Shown piece after piece: positions 28,841 through 41,204 of a DNA stretch of 64,000 nucleotides. How positions within the stretch are numbered: position 1 is the stretch's first letter; each line of letters starts with the position of its first letter. The notes beneath the pieces are model-generated. The model saw only the letters and a program-made list of their open reading frames with translations, was not told the DNA's origin and made no database searches. The stretch spans positions 186,001 through 250,000 of the forward strand of contig JBPGPT010000012.1 in the NCBI GenBank assembly GCA_051047955.1, written 5' to 3'. This DNA comes from Cystobasidiomycetes sp. EMM_F5. Taxonomy: Eukaryota. The position numbers were made by a program, and so were the translations under genes.

Positions 28841-30597
28841 ATGTCGGCAGACGATGAATTAGAAGGAGCCAGCTGGCGAGGTGGACGGAATGCGACTGGG
28901 GTTGGTTATACGTATGCGCTGGCTTGTATCAGTACGTCAATCTAACCTATCTGCGCTTCCTTGCACAGCGACACTCCAAGAGCAAGGTGTCGTACTTCTT
29001 TCCAAAAGATGTCGGCGAATATCATTTCGGCGTGAGCGGTGATAATTAAGCTAGTCGAGGACTTTCCCTTAAAGTCGCATTTCATAGGAAAGGCATCCTA
29101 TGAAACCACAGCGTCTGACACTCACAAACCACCTCGTTCTCGGTTACGGACTCCACAAATACATGGATGTGTTTCAGCCGCAGATAGCGAGCAAGGAGGA
29201 TCTCGAAACATTTCATGATTCAGACTATATCAACTTTCTCTCAAAGTGCGCCCTTGTTGCCGTTAATCTACGCATGTGGGACTGATGGACCAGTCGACAG
29301 GGTGACACCGCAGAATATAGGCCAATTCAGTGGGGTCCTCAAGACCTTTAATGTCGAAGATGACTGTCCAGTTTTTGATGGAATGTACGACTACTGTAGG
29401 CAATATGCTGGCGCATCCATAGCAGCTGGCAAGAAGCTGGCATCTGGCACGACCGACATCGCAATCAATTGGACCGGTGGACTGCACCACGCCAAGAAGT
29501 TTGAGGCCAGTGGTTTCTGCTACATCAACGACATTGTGCTCGCCATTCTCGAGCTACTCAGGTCTGCCGCCAGAAATCGGTCTTATAGACACTAGCTGAC
29601 ATTCGCAAACTGCAGGGTGCATCCGAGAGTCCTCTACATCGACATTGATATACACCACGGCGACGGCGTTCAAGAAGCATTTTACAATTCTAATCGGGTG
29701 CTGACAGTCTCCTTCCACAAATATGCCGACCTGTTCTTCCCTGGAACTGGTCATATCGATGAAATTGGTACACAGCTTGGCAAATATTTCAGTCTAAATA
29801 TACCTCTCCAAGATGGCATCGACAACGAGTCTTATATTACCCTCTTCAAAGCCGTCATGGAGCCTACGATCTACACCTTTCGCCCATCAGCCATCGTGTT
29901 GCAGTGTGGAGCAGATTCACTAGGCTGTGACCGCCTTGGTGCTTTCAACCTGTCCATTGCAGCACATGGGGAGTGCGTGCGCTTCATCAAAGCCTTCAAC
30001 ATCCCGTTGCTCATACTAGGTGGAGGCGGCTACACAGTCAAGAATGTGGCGCGATGCTGGACGTATGAGACGGCTGTCCTTGTCGACCAGCAGCAGACAA
30101 TTTCCCCAGTCCTGCCGTCTACGGCTTACGACAAGTACTTTCACCCAGATTACAAGCTGCATCCGCCTATAACAGGGCGAGTCGAGAACCAAAATACACG
30201 GAGAGAGCTGGAACGTATACGTATCGCCTGTTTGGAACGATTGCGGTTCATGCATGGTGCGCCGAGTGTCGAAATGCAGGAAATTCCACCAGATCTGAGC
30301 GCTTGGCTCGCACATGAGGATGAGGAGAAAGCGCTTACTGAGAAGGATGAAGACAAGAGCCGAGACGTTGAGCACGATGATAAAGCTGCAGCGCTTGCTG
30401 GTCAGCCAGGTACGACTCGCAAGCCATCCGCCAGTCGCAGAGGGGCAGGATCTCGCTCAGCCCGGGCGCGTGAACCCTCTGGCGGTCAAGCAAAGAAGCG
30501 AAAGAGAAGAAATACTACACTACAGACTGTAGAACATATGAATGTAGATCAAGATGCATCAGCTACGCCTAATGCAAAGGAGCCTCCTGCGGCATAG
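28841..30597 (+). CDS. HOS2: Class I histone deacetylase, HOS2/PHD1-like
   Basis: [69 protein letters not shown]. Basic NLS-like tail. Confidence 0.93.
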
Positions 30598-31044
30598 CAG
30601 CTGCGAATGCCTGTCGCAAAGACGATGACGAGCAGCTGTCAGTCTCTCACGCGTCTGCAGCTGACATTGATCTTCAAGTTGCGCGTCGCCCGCTGCCGCG
30701 GCGACTCGCAAGGGGTGTTTATGCGGCTGGACAGGTCCGGCAGGTGCCTGTCAGGAGGCAAGCTGAAAAAAGGCCAAGAGCGGCAAATGATGCAGCCCCT
30801 GCCGTACTGCCGCGCTAGCGTCGCTGAGCGCGCGCTATTTTGACGGAAAACACTCGGCATTGCAGTCTCGGCAAGTTTGGATTCGAGATTGGGCGCCTTG
30901 GTATTGGATGTCTACGGCCGCCCTTGCCTCTCTTACCTTACGACACGACCAACGACTGCTCAACTTTCGTACTTCACTCCCAATCGTTTTAGGCTGTCCA
31001 TTTCGACATTCTCGTTTCTCACAGTCTTACCTTACTGGATCGCC

Positions 31045-32063
31045 ATGACCCCCTCGCTGCTCGCCGCCCTTCTGGTCATCACTTCGTCCATCCATGTCAT
31101 GGCAGCCCCCAGCTACTCACGATCACCTGCTCGCCGGTCCACCGACGTCTATACGCAGTGCAACAACGATAAGGACTTTGCCCTTACGTTTGATGAGTAG
31201 GTTTTGCCGTGTAGGGCCGAGCGTGGGCGGCCCTCGTACGCGTTTTCTGAAACACCTGCATGTCTATAGCGGACCTTATGACCATCATAGCAAGATTCGC
31301 AATACCCTGGAAGCAGCTGGTGCCAAGGGCACCTTCTTTGTCAATGGCAATAATTGTGAGCGATGGCGAATAGAACCCTACAAGGCGCGATTGATTGATG
31401 TTCCCCTCACACACACGCAGACGACTGTATCTACGACCACGCTTCGGACATACAAGAGTCATTTGACAATGGACACGTGATGGCGTCTCATACCTGGACG
31501 CATACGGACATTACGACGCTGTCTGCTAAGGATCTGAATTCCGAGCTGGACAAGGTCGAGACTGCCTTTCGCAAGATTCTCGGCGTCAAGCCTCGGTACT
31601 TTCGCCCTCCGTTTGGTGCATATGATGACAAGTCGCTTGAGGTTCTGAGTGAGCGTGGATACACTGGTAAGTCAAGGGTCACTGTTTGTACTGCCTGCGC
31701 TTGCGGCTGATGTGTGAATGACGATGGTCAGTCGTCACCTGGTCGCTCGACTCTGGCGACTCTGTCGGCAAGGATACCAAGTATTCTCACCAGCAGTACG
31801 CTCAGCAGGCCAAGAAGTTTCCCGAGCCTGGCATTGGCCTCAACCACGAGACTATACAAAGCACTGCCGACACTGTTGTTCCTGATGCTATTCGCACGCT
31901 GCAGGATGCCGGCTACAATTTAGTGAGCATGGACGAGTGTCTGGGTGCAGAGCCGTATGATTACGTCGGCGGGCAGGAGAGTCAGAATGTGAGCATGTCC
32001 GCTCTCCTCCTCTCCACCTACCCTGCTGATGTATGTACTTGACAGTCGAGCTGGCAATGTTAG
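31045..32063 (+). CDS. Secreted chitin deacetylase (CE4/NodB)
   Basis: Signal peptide MTPSLLAALLVITSSIHVMA. Motifs TFDD|GP, HTWTH, RPPFG, DSGD, LNHE. Ends SSWQC*. Confidence 0.92.
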
Positions 32064-32824
32064 GTGAATCTGTAGCTTGTGCATTCCCACACTCGTTTCG
32101 CCCTCCTTATCTCAGTCATGCTGGCTAGCTGTCACTCACTAGACATGGCCGATAGCGACACTGGTATCCGCTAGCATCTGTATTGTCTGGCTAGCTTCTG
32201 CTTGCAGAAATGCATCACGCTCATTGCATACTCTGCTTACTAATCAATCGAAAAGACTTTGACGAATCTGGCCTTTGTGACTGAGGACTGTCCTTGGGCA
32301 GACCGTGGGTGTGCTGGGCATGTATGCAAGAGAGCTTTGCAAGGACTCGCATTTGCACAGTAATGCCTGCATGTTGGCCATGTTGAGCCTTTGTTGTTGA
32401 TTCGAGACCGTCTTGCCTTGCGCCAACCGACATCAGCCATTATTCCATCGACTGACCGACCCATTGACTTGGACCACGGCCTGCAGACTTGGCTCACCGC
32501 ATCGACGACTACAGTACGACTACAAGCTGCCTGCTATATTGCTGCCAGCTCTCGTCGATACTCGTGCCCCAGCCCAAATATACCGGCCAAACTTCTACCC
32601 TCCATTGGACGGCTCGACGTCAATTAGCCAGTCTCGCAGCGGGCAGCCTCCAGCAGTCCAGGCTTGTATACCGTATACAGCCGTGCATGACTGGCTGAAA
32701 TATCGCATCAACTGCTCGGGTCCCGCCGAATCGCTCGCTCCGCTGCTCGTTGGCCGCTGGCTGGCTGGCTGGCTGAGTACGCGCCTCGGTGGAATTCAAG
32801 TTTGAAAACTTACAATCGCCAAAC

Positions 32825-35800
32825 ATGGCCGTACTACCGCGCAAGCACGCTCAGCACACCAACGATGACCACGTACACGTCCACCGAGGTACCCGCCAGC
32901 CGCCGCTGAAGCGTCGACGGACTATGCCCTTCCGCCATTCCTCGACCGGGACAGACGACGAAAGTGCAGACCACGAGGTTCCGAGGCTTCAACAACGGCG
33001 AAAGCAGCGGGCGGCGTCCAGCAATGCTGTCAATGCGGGTGCATCCTCGTCTTCAGAGTATGACAACCCACTAGACGACGACTATACGACTGAAGAAGGA
33101 GGTCGAACCGATGACGGCAGTTTTATACCGTCACATCTGCAGCGTAAGAATGCGGCAGGAAGAGCCAGGAGATCAACGGCGAGCAGCAATACCCAGAACC
33201 GAAGCATCTCTACCGCTAGCGAGGTGTCTACGCCTGATACCGATGATTCGGCCAACGAGTATCACTCCGACAATGCGAGTTCGTCTGGATCAAGCTACAC
33301 ATCCCCGAAAGCGCTCTCTCCAGTTGAAGTCAATACTGCCAATGGCAAACGCGAAAAGTCAACAGCAAACAAGGACCGAGCCAAGACTGCATTCGGTCGT
33401 GTCTTGAGACGGTAAGCCTGCTTGTGACCCTGTCGCATTCTGCATAACTCATTTACACTGAATTTATTGCAGAGATGTGCCCATGAAAGCCACGTTGCCG
33501 CGCTATCCCATATCGCCCGTCAAGCTACTCCCTCCTCACGAAGTACATCAGGAACGTCACCGAGGCTTTCAAGTTCGACCAGATCAGCCCTCGGCGAATA
33601 CAACAAGCGGTTCCCATCATGGCCGGAGTACGAGCAATCCCTCTCGAACAACTCTACAAGCGGGACTTCGCAACTTTGCAAACCGAATGAAGAGTAGAGT
33701 GGCAAGCAATATCGGCATGTCTGGGCACACTCGCTCAGGCAGCGCATCTGCAGTGTTTCCGAGCTCCGATTTCGGAAAGAGAAAACGTCATGCGAGTTGT
33801 GCTTCTATACCTACACTGCGAAATCACTCTCCATCAATAGTTACGCAAACGGCCAGACTGGCGCATGGACCAACTACCACTGCACGGACGCATGTCGCAG
33901 ATGCGGTGGATCTTGTTGCTATTCAGCCCATTCGCCGAACGCGGTCTGTAGCGCGAAAGATGGAGGAGATTGGCCTACCTGTCAGTGAATTTGGCGTTTC
34001 GACCTTGGCCGATGCCGAGCACGGTCATTCGAGGGTCGCATCAACATCACGCGGCAGGCAAGCTCGAGTCAGCCGACCGCAGTCTGTGGAGGAAAGCGAA
34101 GCCGAAAGCTTGGAGAGGAGCGTTGCCGAGATGTCGCTGGACGAGGTCTCGGAACATCTTGATGATGACGCTTCCGAGGACGTCGACAATCCAGGTGTGT
34201 CTTGTCCAATCTTATTCATGCATAGGCCCCTGGCTGATTCTTCATGTAGACGACAACTGGTATCTACAAACTGCCTCTTACGCTCAACTGCACAGGCTAC
34301 GCAAGGACCTTTTACTGCGTCTTGTCACCCTTATTGAATCAAACACGGCTGAAGAAGACCGATCTGACTTCACAAAAGATGGTCTAGCCAAGCTTATTGT
34401 GTCAGCTCGAAAAGCTCCGGCAGATGTGGAGGAAGAGGAAGAGGAGGGGGAATTGTACCAGAGCGAACGAGGTTCTTCTTTCGAAGATGATGAGCTGGGC
34501 GCAGTAGCAGTGCTTAGCCGACGCAATTCTACTCGTCACGCTCGTCGAACGTCCACAGCCTCAGTGAAGGAGTCTGCATCAGCAAAGACCTCTCCACGTC
34601 GCGCGCTTTCCCGACATAATTCGCGCTCAAAGAGCCTGCCCAACAATGTATCACAAGCAAGCGACGCAGAGGACGAAGCGGAATCTTCGCAAGCGACCAC
34701 TCGCGTCTCTACTCGGCGAGGTGGAAATCCGGCGTACGGCTTGTCGCGCATGTCGATGTCTTCCAACACAGACCGAACACCCGGTCGCTTACGGTCAGGG
34801 AAGCTCCGTACGTCGAAATTGGCGGAGTCTGATCCGGAGGCGAATGAAGGGGATGAGGATGACGAAGAAGAGGATGAAGAGGAGGCAGATAGGACACAGA
34901 TCATGGACGACGAAGATGATGTTCCAACGCCTATCGCTCGCCGAACGCGACATCGCCGCAACCTCTCGCTGGCCTCTGTCAGCTCTGCTGGCTATGGTGA
35001 CGAAGAAGATGCTGCTGACGTGCCCAACCATGAATACCGGCTGCGAAAAGTCTCGCTACTGCCCAGACGCGCTCACAAAGGCAATGGCTATGCCGAGTCA
35101 GCGAGTGAGACGGAGGGCGATGTCTTTACCGACGAGCCAGCAGCAATGGACGAGTCTGAGCAGGATGTCGAGCAAAACGAGGAAGACGAAGAAGTGGACG
35201 AACAAGCCGAAAGTGAAGACGAATACACTGATGCTTTCGTGTTGGCTTCGGCCACGCAAAGTAGTTTGCTGCGCCTGAAGCGGGATGATCTGCTTCGGCT
35301 GTGCCGCGAGCGAGATCTCGCGCAGGAAGGAACAAAGAAGGAGCTGGTAGCTGCCTTGATCGAATGGCGTGAGGGTGAAATTGAAGATGTCGAAGAAGTA
35401 GAGGATCCTCCAGACGATGAAGAGTACGTGCCTGGTGCCGACACATCAGACATATCGATGGTGTCCATGGTGTCCGAAGCCGACGAAGATGGCGAGCAAG
35501 ACGAGAACGTTGAAGATTCAAATGCTTCGCTAGACAGTAGCGCCAAGTCTGATGATACCCAAAAACTCTCTAGCAGTCGTCGACGGGCACGACGCGAGAC
35601 CAAGACGCAAGCGCTAGCACGCCTCAGTCATGCATCGCAATCTTACGATCCTACTTCACAAGAGGAACCTCTCTTGCAGCGCAGTCATCAGGAGGAGCTC
35701 ATTCACAGTCCGAAGGTCAATACACCTCCGGGATCAGGCGATGCTCAAGACAACGATCTCGAACTGGATCTCGAAAGTCTGAATCTGCTGGACAAGGAAA

Positions 35801-36707
35801 TTGCACCCGACAAACTGAAGAAAGGCGAAAAAATTGGTAGCGGTGGTTTCAAGGACGTCTATGAGGGACGTTATCGCAACGTTCGGGTTGCTCTTGCCGA
35901 CATTCGCGGGCATCTGACCGAGAATGATTTGAAAGAGCTCAGCCTCCTTCGCGATCTCCGCCACGAAAACATTGTTCGATTCATCGGAGTCTCCATTCCT
36001 GAAGTTAAGGATGTCCCAGTCACTATTGTTTCCGAATTGTGTACCAACGGCGACCTGTTCGACTACATACGTAATGTAGCTCCGCCGTCTTTCGACAAAG
36101 TAGTAAGTGACAGGCTACTTTGCAGTGGTATAGATCTGCCAGGCTGATGTCTACAACTTACCCTTTACAGCTCTCTATCATGCTCAATATTGCTCGAGGC
36201 ATCGAGTATCTGCATATGCGAAAACCAGCCATTATTCACCGCGACCTCAAATCCTCGAATGTACTGATCACTGCGCGAGGAGTCGCCAAGGTCACCGACT
36301 TTGGACTAGCTCGGGTCCGCAACACAACACGCTCCATCATCAAGTCGCTCGTCGGAACAGTCAACTGGCAGGCACCTGAACTCTGGGTCCCACACCCTCG
36401 CTACAACGAGAAGGTGGATGTCTACTCTGCTGCATTGGTCTTCTGGGAGTGTCTACAGTGGCACCTCAGTCAGAAGCGGTATCCTTTCGAGGGGATGAAT
36501 GAGCATGCAATCTACCAAGAAGTGGGTCATCGCCAATTCCGACCGTCCACTGCCACCATGCGCCGACAATGGGGCGGCGATATTCTGGATCTCGTTGACC
36601 GTATGTGGGCGCAAGATCCGAAAGACCGGCCAAACATGACCCAAGTCGTACAAGACCTGGAGGTCCTGCTTGCTGCGGAGAAGGCTCGAATGCGAGCGGC
36701 AAGGTAG
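32825..36707 (+). CDS. Large TKL-like Ser/Thr protein kinase with acidic disordered N-terminus, SAP/HEH-like modules and WNK-like lysine placement
   Basis: GSGGFKDVY, HENIVRFIG, HRDLKSSN, DFG, GTVNWQAPE, DVYS. Three phase-consistent introns. Confidence 0.9.
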
Positions 36708-37106
36708 CCCGAGCGCGCTTCGTTCGTCATCATCGTCTACAGCAATCACAAAGACTATACCATCTATATGACATTTCTGCCACGTCGTTGTCGCGCGTCG
36801 GACATGTTCAGTGCAATGACGTGACTTTGACGTATTTTCCGACATCTTTTCGAGTGCTCAGCTCGCCGCCGCCTCATCTCTGTATCGTTAGTTTGCCGAG
36901 GCAAGCATCATGTGTAGAGTAGCAACCATAGGCTATCTGTCCTCAAAGCGCGACATTGGCAGAATTTACGTTATGAATCTGTGTACTTTGTATTTTTTGC
37001 TCCTATTCTCGAGCTGCCGCCAAGTTTGGCCGAGCACGACACATCAAACAAACACGCCAACAGCCCCAAATTTGCAGCACAACGTTGATGCACTCGCCGT
37101 GAGAAG

Positions 37107-37970
37107 ATGGCAACCACCACAGACTGCAGCAGTGGACACAGTACCGCAGTACCCAGCACGGTCGCGTTGACTGCAGCTGCATCGCCACAAACGAGCCCGA
37201 ATGGGTCGCGTGAGTGTTTTATTGACGAGAGCTGCGATATGTGCTCCACTGACGGTGTCTGTCACCAGCTCCGAGCTCGTCCTTCTTCTCGCCCGCGCCC
37301 TTGGATGGGTCCGCTGCTGGGCTGGTCAGCCCGGGTCGCGCGCATTTCAGGTCGACCGAAGTCATGAGGTTCGAAGGGCGTCGCAGCGCAACCCAGGTCT
37401 GGATATGCGACAAAGCTCCGAGCAGTCCGGCGCCTGATGTGCAAATGGCGGCCGCTTCGATGCAGGACCCTCTGTCTCGGAAAAGTGCGAACGAGCTGAA
37501 CGCTTAAAACTGGAGACAACCTGCTGACTAATCAGTTCATTTGCGTTTTCAATCCGCAGCTCTCGCTGAAGAATCATCTGGTATACCTTCTTCTGCATGC
37601 AGCAGCAATCGCGTCCCACAAGACTCGCCTCAAGGTAACGCTCTGGGCTTGTCCGCAGAAGGGCTGCCACCGACAGCCGACTGTGACAGCGATGGAGTGC
37701 CCGGCTTGTCAACGTCTGGAGCCTCGTCTACCACCGCTTCGCCTCATACTCCAGCATGCCATCTTGGCGAAAGGCCGCCGTTCGTACATTCCGACACAGT
37801 ACCGGACGCGAAAGCCGGATGGCAGCAATATCAGCAATCTTGCACTCTTCCTGTCTCGCGTAAGCATCTAGCGTGAGCTGATGACTTGAATGGCATGAGG
37901 CTGATATATGTTGCGATCTCTAGGCCGAAATTCTGTTGGCAGGCGACTTGTGGTGACCGAGGAGAAGTGA
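37107..37970 (+). CDS. Hypothetical Ser/Pro-rich protein (4 exons, ~230 aa)
   Basis: Three introns (GTGAGT, GTGCGA and GTAAGC donors; CTGAC/CTAAT/CTGAT branch sites; YAG acceptors) join ORF fragments in one open frame ending RRNSVGRRLVVTEEK*. Confidence 0.6.
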
Positions 37971-38359
37971 GATTACGAACAAGCCAAAAAAAAGTGAAGT
38001 CCAAAAAGTACAGTAGCACGTACAGTACAAAGTTCTCGCAGCAATCGTGGCGCCCTCGTCTCGCCCCAAAACTTGTCTTACTGGCGCAGAGTCGCTCTCT
38101 TCCGATACATGCTAAAGACACATGTAGCATACCGTGTACAAGTATTGTTTTCTATGTCAATGTAACGTCTGGGATACCTTTTGTATTTTGCCTGCTGTTT
38201 AAGAGAATTGGTGTCTGCACGCGACTGCTATTGGTATGTCATTCGAAATCGGACAAATGACGTAAGAGGTTTTGCTGGATCTTGGAAGGCCGACCAACAA
38301 GGACTGCTTTGGCGTTTGCTCTGTACATATCACAAGTCGCACTACACATCAATACAAGA

Positions 38360-38770
38360 ATGGCAGACCAGATCAGCAAGGGAGACGAGGTGTCTTGGAA
38401 CGTACGTCTTGTGGAATCCAGCTTCACGCTCCACGAGGCTGATTGCGTAGGCAATGCAGTGGGGCTCGGGTCAGCCGTCTGGTACAGTCAAGGACGTCAA
38501 GACTGAGGATGCCACTATCGAAAGCAAGAATGGCAAAGAGGTGAGGATTGCAATCTTGTAAAAAGATCTGGCTGAGACAGGCTCCATCCGCTGTTTAGAT
38601 TAAGAAGAAGGGATCAGAAGAGAACCCTGCGTATATATGTTTCCACTTTAATACGAAACCAAACAGCTGATGGATGTCCTTGGATGCTCAGAGTAATCAT
38701 ATCTCAAGAGGACAAGGGCGGAAACCCCGTTATCAAGCGCGCTTCGGAACTGAATGAAACCGACGTCTAA
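38360..38770 (+). CDS. Small Hva1/DUF2945 Tudor-like protein
   Basis: Spliced MADQISKGDEVSWN|WGSGQPSGTVKDV...|IKKKGSEENPA|..GNPVIKRASEL. Confidence 0.85.
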
Positions 38771-39074
38771 TTGTCCAAAGCATACAGCGGTCCTGTATAC
38801 GTACTTCGCACCCTCGACAACAAATGGCAGGCACTTTCTCCCGCAACGTGTATTTCTACTTTAAAGCACGGAGCAAAGCAAGCACCGTGACACTGTACAC
38901 CACAATCCAAACAATCACTCGTCGTCAAGCGCGATCTTTCTCGCTCTGCTCGGATACCGTTCACCGCTGACTAAATCAACAGATGTTGGCCTTTCTCTGA
39001 GCAGATCTCTCTCCGAGACTGGAGTCCATCGTGGCCTTTGTATTGTTTTCTATCGAGCATCTCAGTCATATTCT

Positions 39075-41103
39075 TCAGCGAGCGACTATCACACTGTCTA
39101 TGGTGGAGAAGATTGCTGCGCGGTTCGCGTTTCTTATGCGGCAGACAAGCTGACTTTGCCCGTGGTGCGTGGGAGAGCATACTAAGAGGGCTTTTACTGC
39201 AAGCAATACATTCATAGGACTTTCAGCCGATATTTGTATGATGGTATGATTTGATGGCACCTAAAGCAGTCTTCCAAGTGCTACTTACAAACGACAGTGT
39301 TGACTTTCTTCAGTATATCTCGACTAGGGTTAACTACACCACTCGAACTACTAACGATCCATTCCAAGCGTCTCCTGACATCCTCTTTGGCTGAAAGCGA
39401 TGTAAGAAGAGGAAATTAGCCCAAAGTCCTCACGAGAAGCACATCCGAATACGTGAAACTGACTGTAGTGTTTACACGGCTCTGACCTAAGCTGCTGTTC
39501 ATTGTCGTAACATCGCACTGGATTAAGGCAGTCAGATTAGTTGTGATAGGGTGCCAAAACACCGACCTAACAGGACCAAAACAATGCCAACAGAGACATC
39601 GGTTGCATTCTTGTCATTGCCCTCGTTGGTGACCCAAATCTGGTGTCCGGCAGATAAGGCAGCGGAAGCTGATCCGATTATCCGGTCTACTATAGCTGAG
39701 AACAATGCTATGTGCTGCTTTGGTCCAGTAGGCACGTACACGTACTCTGCCTTTGGAGTGGCTTCTGGCAGAGGTAGATTACTTCGACAGTTGATACAGT
39801 ACATATTTTGCGATGAAGAAAGTGCAACGGCAGACAGATGCACGGCAGTGCTCCCGATGGTAAAAGACTCCATCCTTTGTCCAGGTGTCGTGAACATGGA
39901 ATCCGTCTCTACTGTTAGGCGCTCGAGAAGGAAACGGAGTCCCGATCGATTACTCGCGAGGATTTCGCGTTTATTGTGCCAGAAAATAGCAGGCGAGAAG
40001 CCATTCGGGCTCCAAGCCTCGTGATCGTCTCCACTCCCGGGCACATAGTTGAAACTTCCGTTTCTTTCGGCGGACCCGCCAGTAGTGACCCTACTGGCGG
40101 ACAAGCAAATTATCGGGTGAAAGTCGGCAAAAGCATTCTCTCTGACTGGCTGAGGGGGTAAATGCGAAGCCGGACTCATAAACAGGGGTCTGAGAGGCTT
40201 GCCTAAGCATGGCAGCGTATATGATGACGCCTAGTGCAGAGAATGTCAGACAACGGGCCCTTATCAATACAGAAAGTAAACCTACAGCAAGCTCAGCGGC
40301 CCAAACCGGCAGGCGCGCAGCAATCTGAGAACGCTCTGACTCGCTGACGGATATGGCTGGGACGAACAGGTCCAGGCAGCTCACTGGCCAGCCTTTATTA
40401 TATCGCAAGCATATAGCCCGGTTGAGTACCGCGCACCATATTGGAAGCGTTTTTGATAGTGCATCGGGAAAACGCTTGCCTCGTCTAGTCGAATCTACGA
40501 CAATGACGCTTTGCCAGTACGTCAGCGTGTAATGTCAATCACAACGGCCGCTGTAGTGAAATCCGCACCCGCCATGCTTCTCTACGGCCGTAGTCAGAGA
40601 GATGTTTGCTCTTCGCAGGCTGAAAGACCACTGCCCGGCATGGCCATCTGTGGATTTGAAATACACAGATGGGCTGGCCTGAACTCCCAATTAAGCGAGT
40701 GCGAATGTGAGGCGCCCGCATTCTAACAACTCACAGCCGCGGCCTCTGGCGATACATACCAGAGTCCGCATCGCAAATTAGCTGGCGGGGAAGAATAAGA
40801 AATTTGTGAATAAGACGCAATGAATCGAGGTTCTGCTCACGAACAAGCAGGAAGTCAGGGTAAGTGCGAGCTATTGTCTCAACGAACTCGGCATCTTCTG
40901 CGATAGAATGCAGACGGTTGTAACTGTCGATTTCTTGCTCAACTTTGTTTCTGTGCGTTCATAACTTGTTCGCAGCATTATACCCACGGATCTGTCAATT
41001 CCTGTCGGATGTGCTTGCGCTGGGAAGCGTGGCCAAGTCCCAGTATTTCTGTAATTGGCACATCGTCAATGTTATTGAATTCAGCCTCTTCGCCATCGTG
41101 CAT
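39075..41103 (-). CDS. RIT1: Initiator tRNA A64 2'-O-ribosylphosphate transferase (3' end uncertain: 39075 or 39281)
   Basis: YNRLHSIAED, ANLRCGLWY, YFKSTDGH, IVDSTRRGKRFPDALSKTLPIWCAVLN, YVPGSGDDHEAWS, NPSR. Confidence 0.93.
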
Positions 41104-41204
41104 ATGTATATGATTGGACAATTGAAGAAGCCCGGTAATACCAAATCGACAGTCGAGCCGGTTTCTATTGAGCTAACTTCGGCTTAACTGGATGTCGATG
41201 GGCG

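Noticed and set aside
28895..28970. Apparent frame conflict at the first HDAC intron when the GTATGC donor is used
   Set aside because: The GTTGGT donor at 28901 gives an in-phase ~68-nt intron, so no frameshift is needed.
32757..32776. (CTGG)n short run upstream of the kinase
   Set aside because: A simple microsatellite with no evidence of function
34284..35603. Several antisense poly-Ser ORFs
   Set aside because: They are shadows of the Asp/Glu-rich kinase coding strand.
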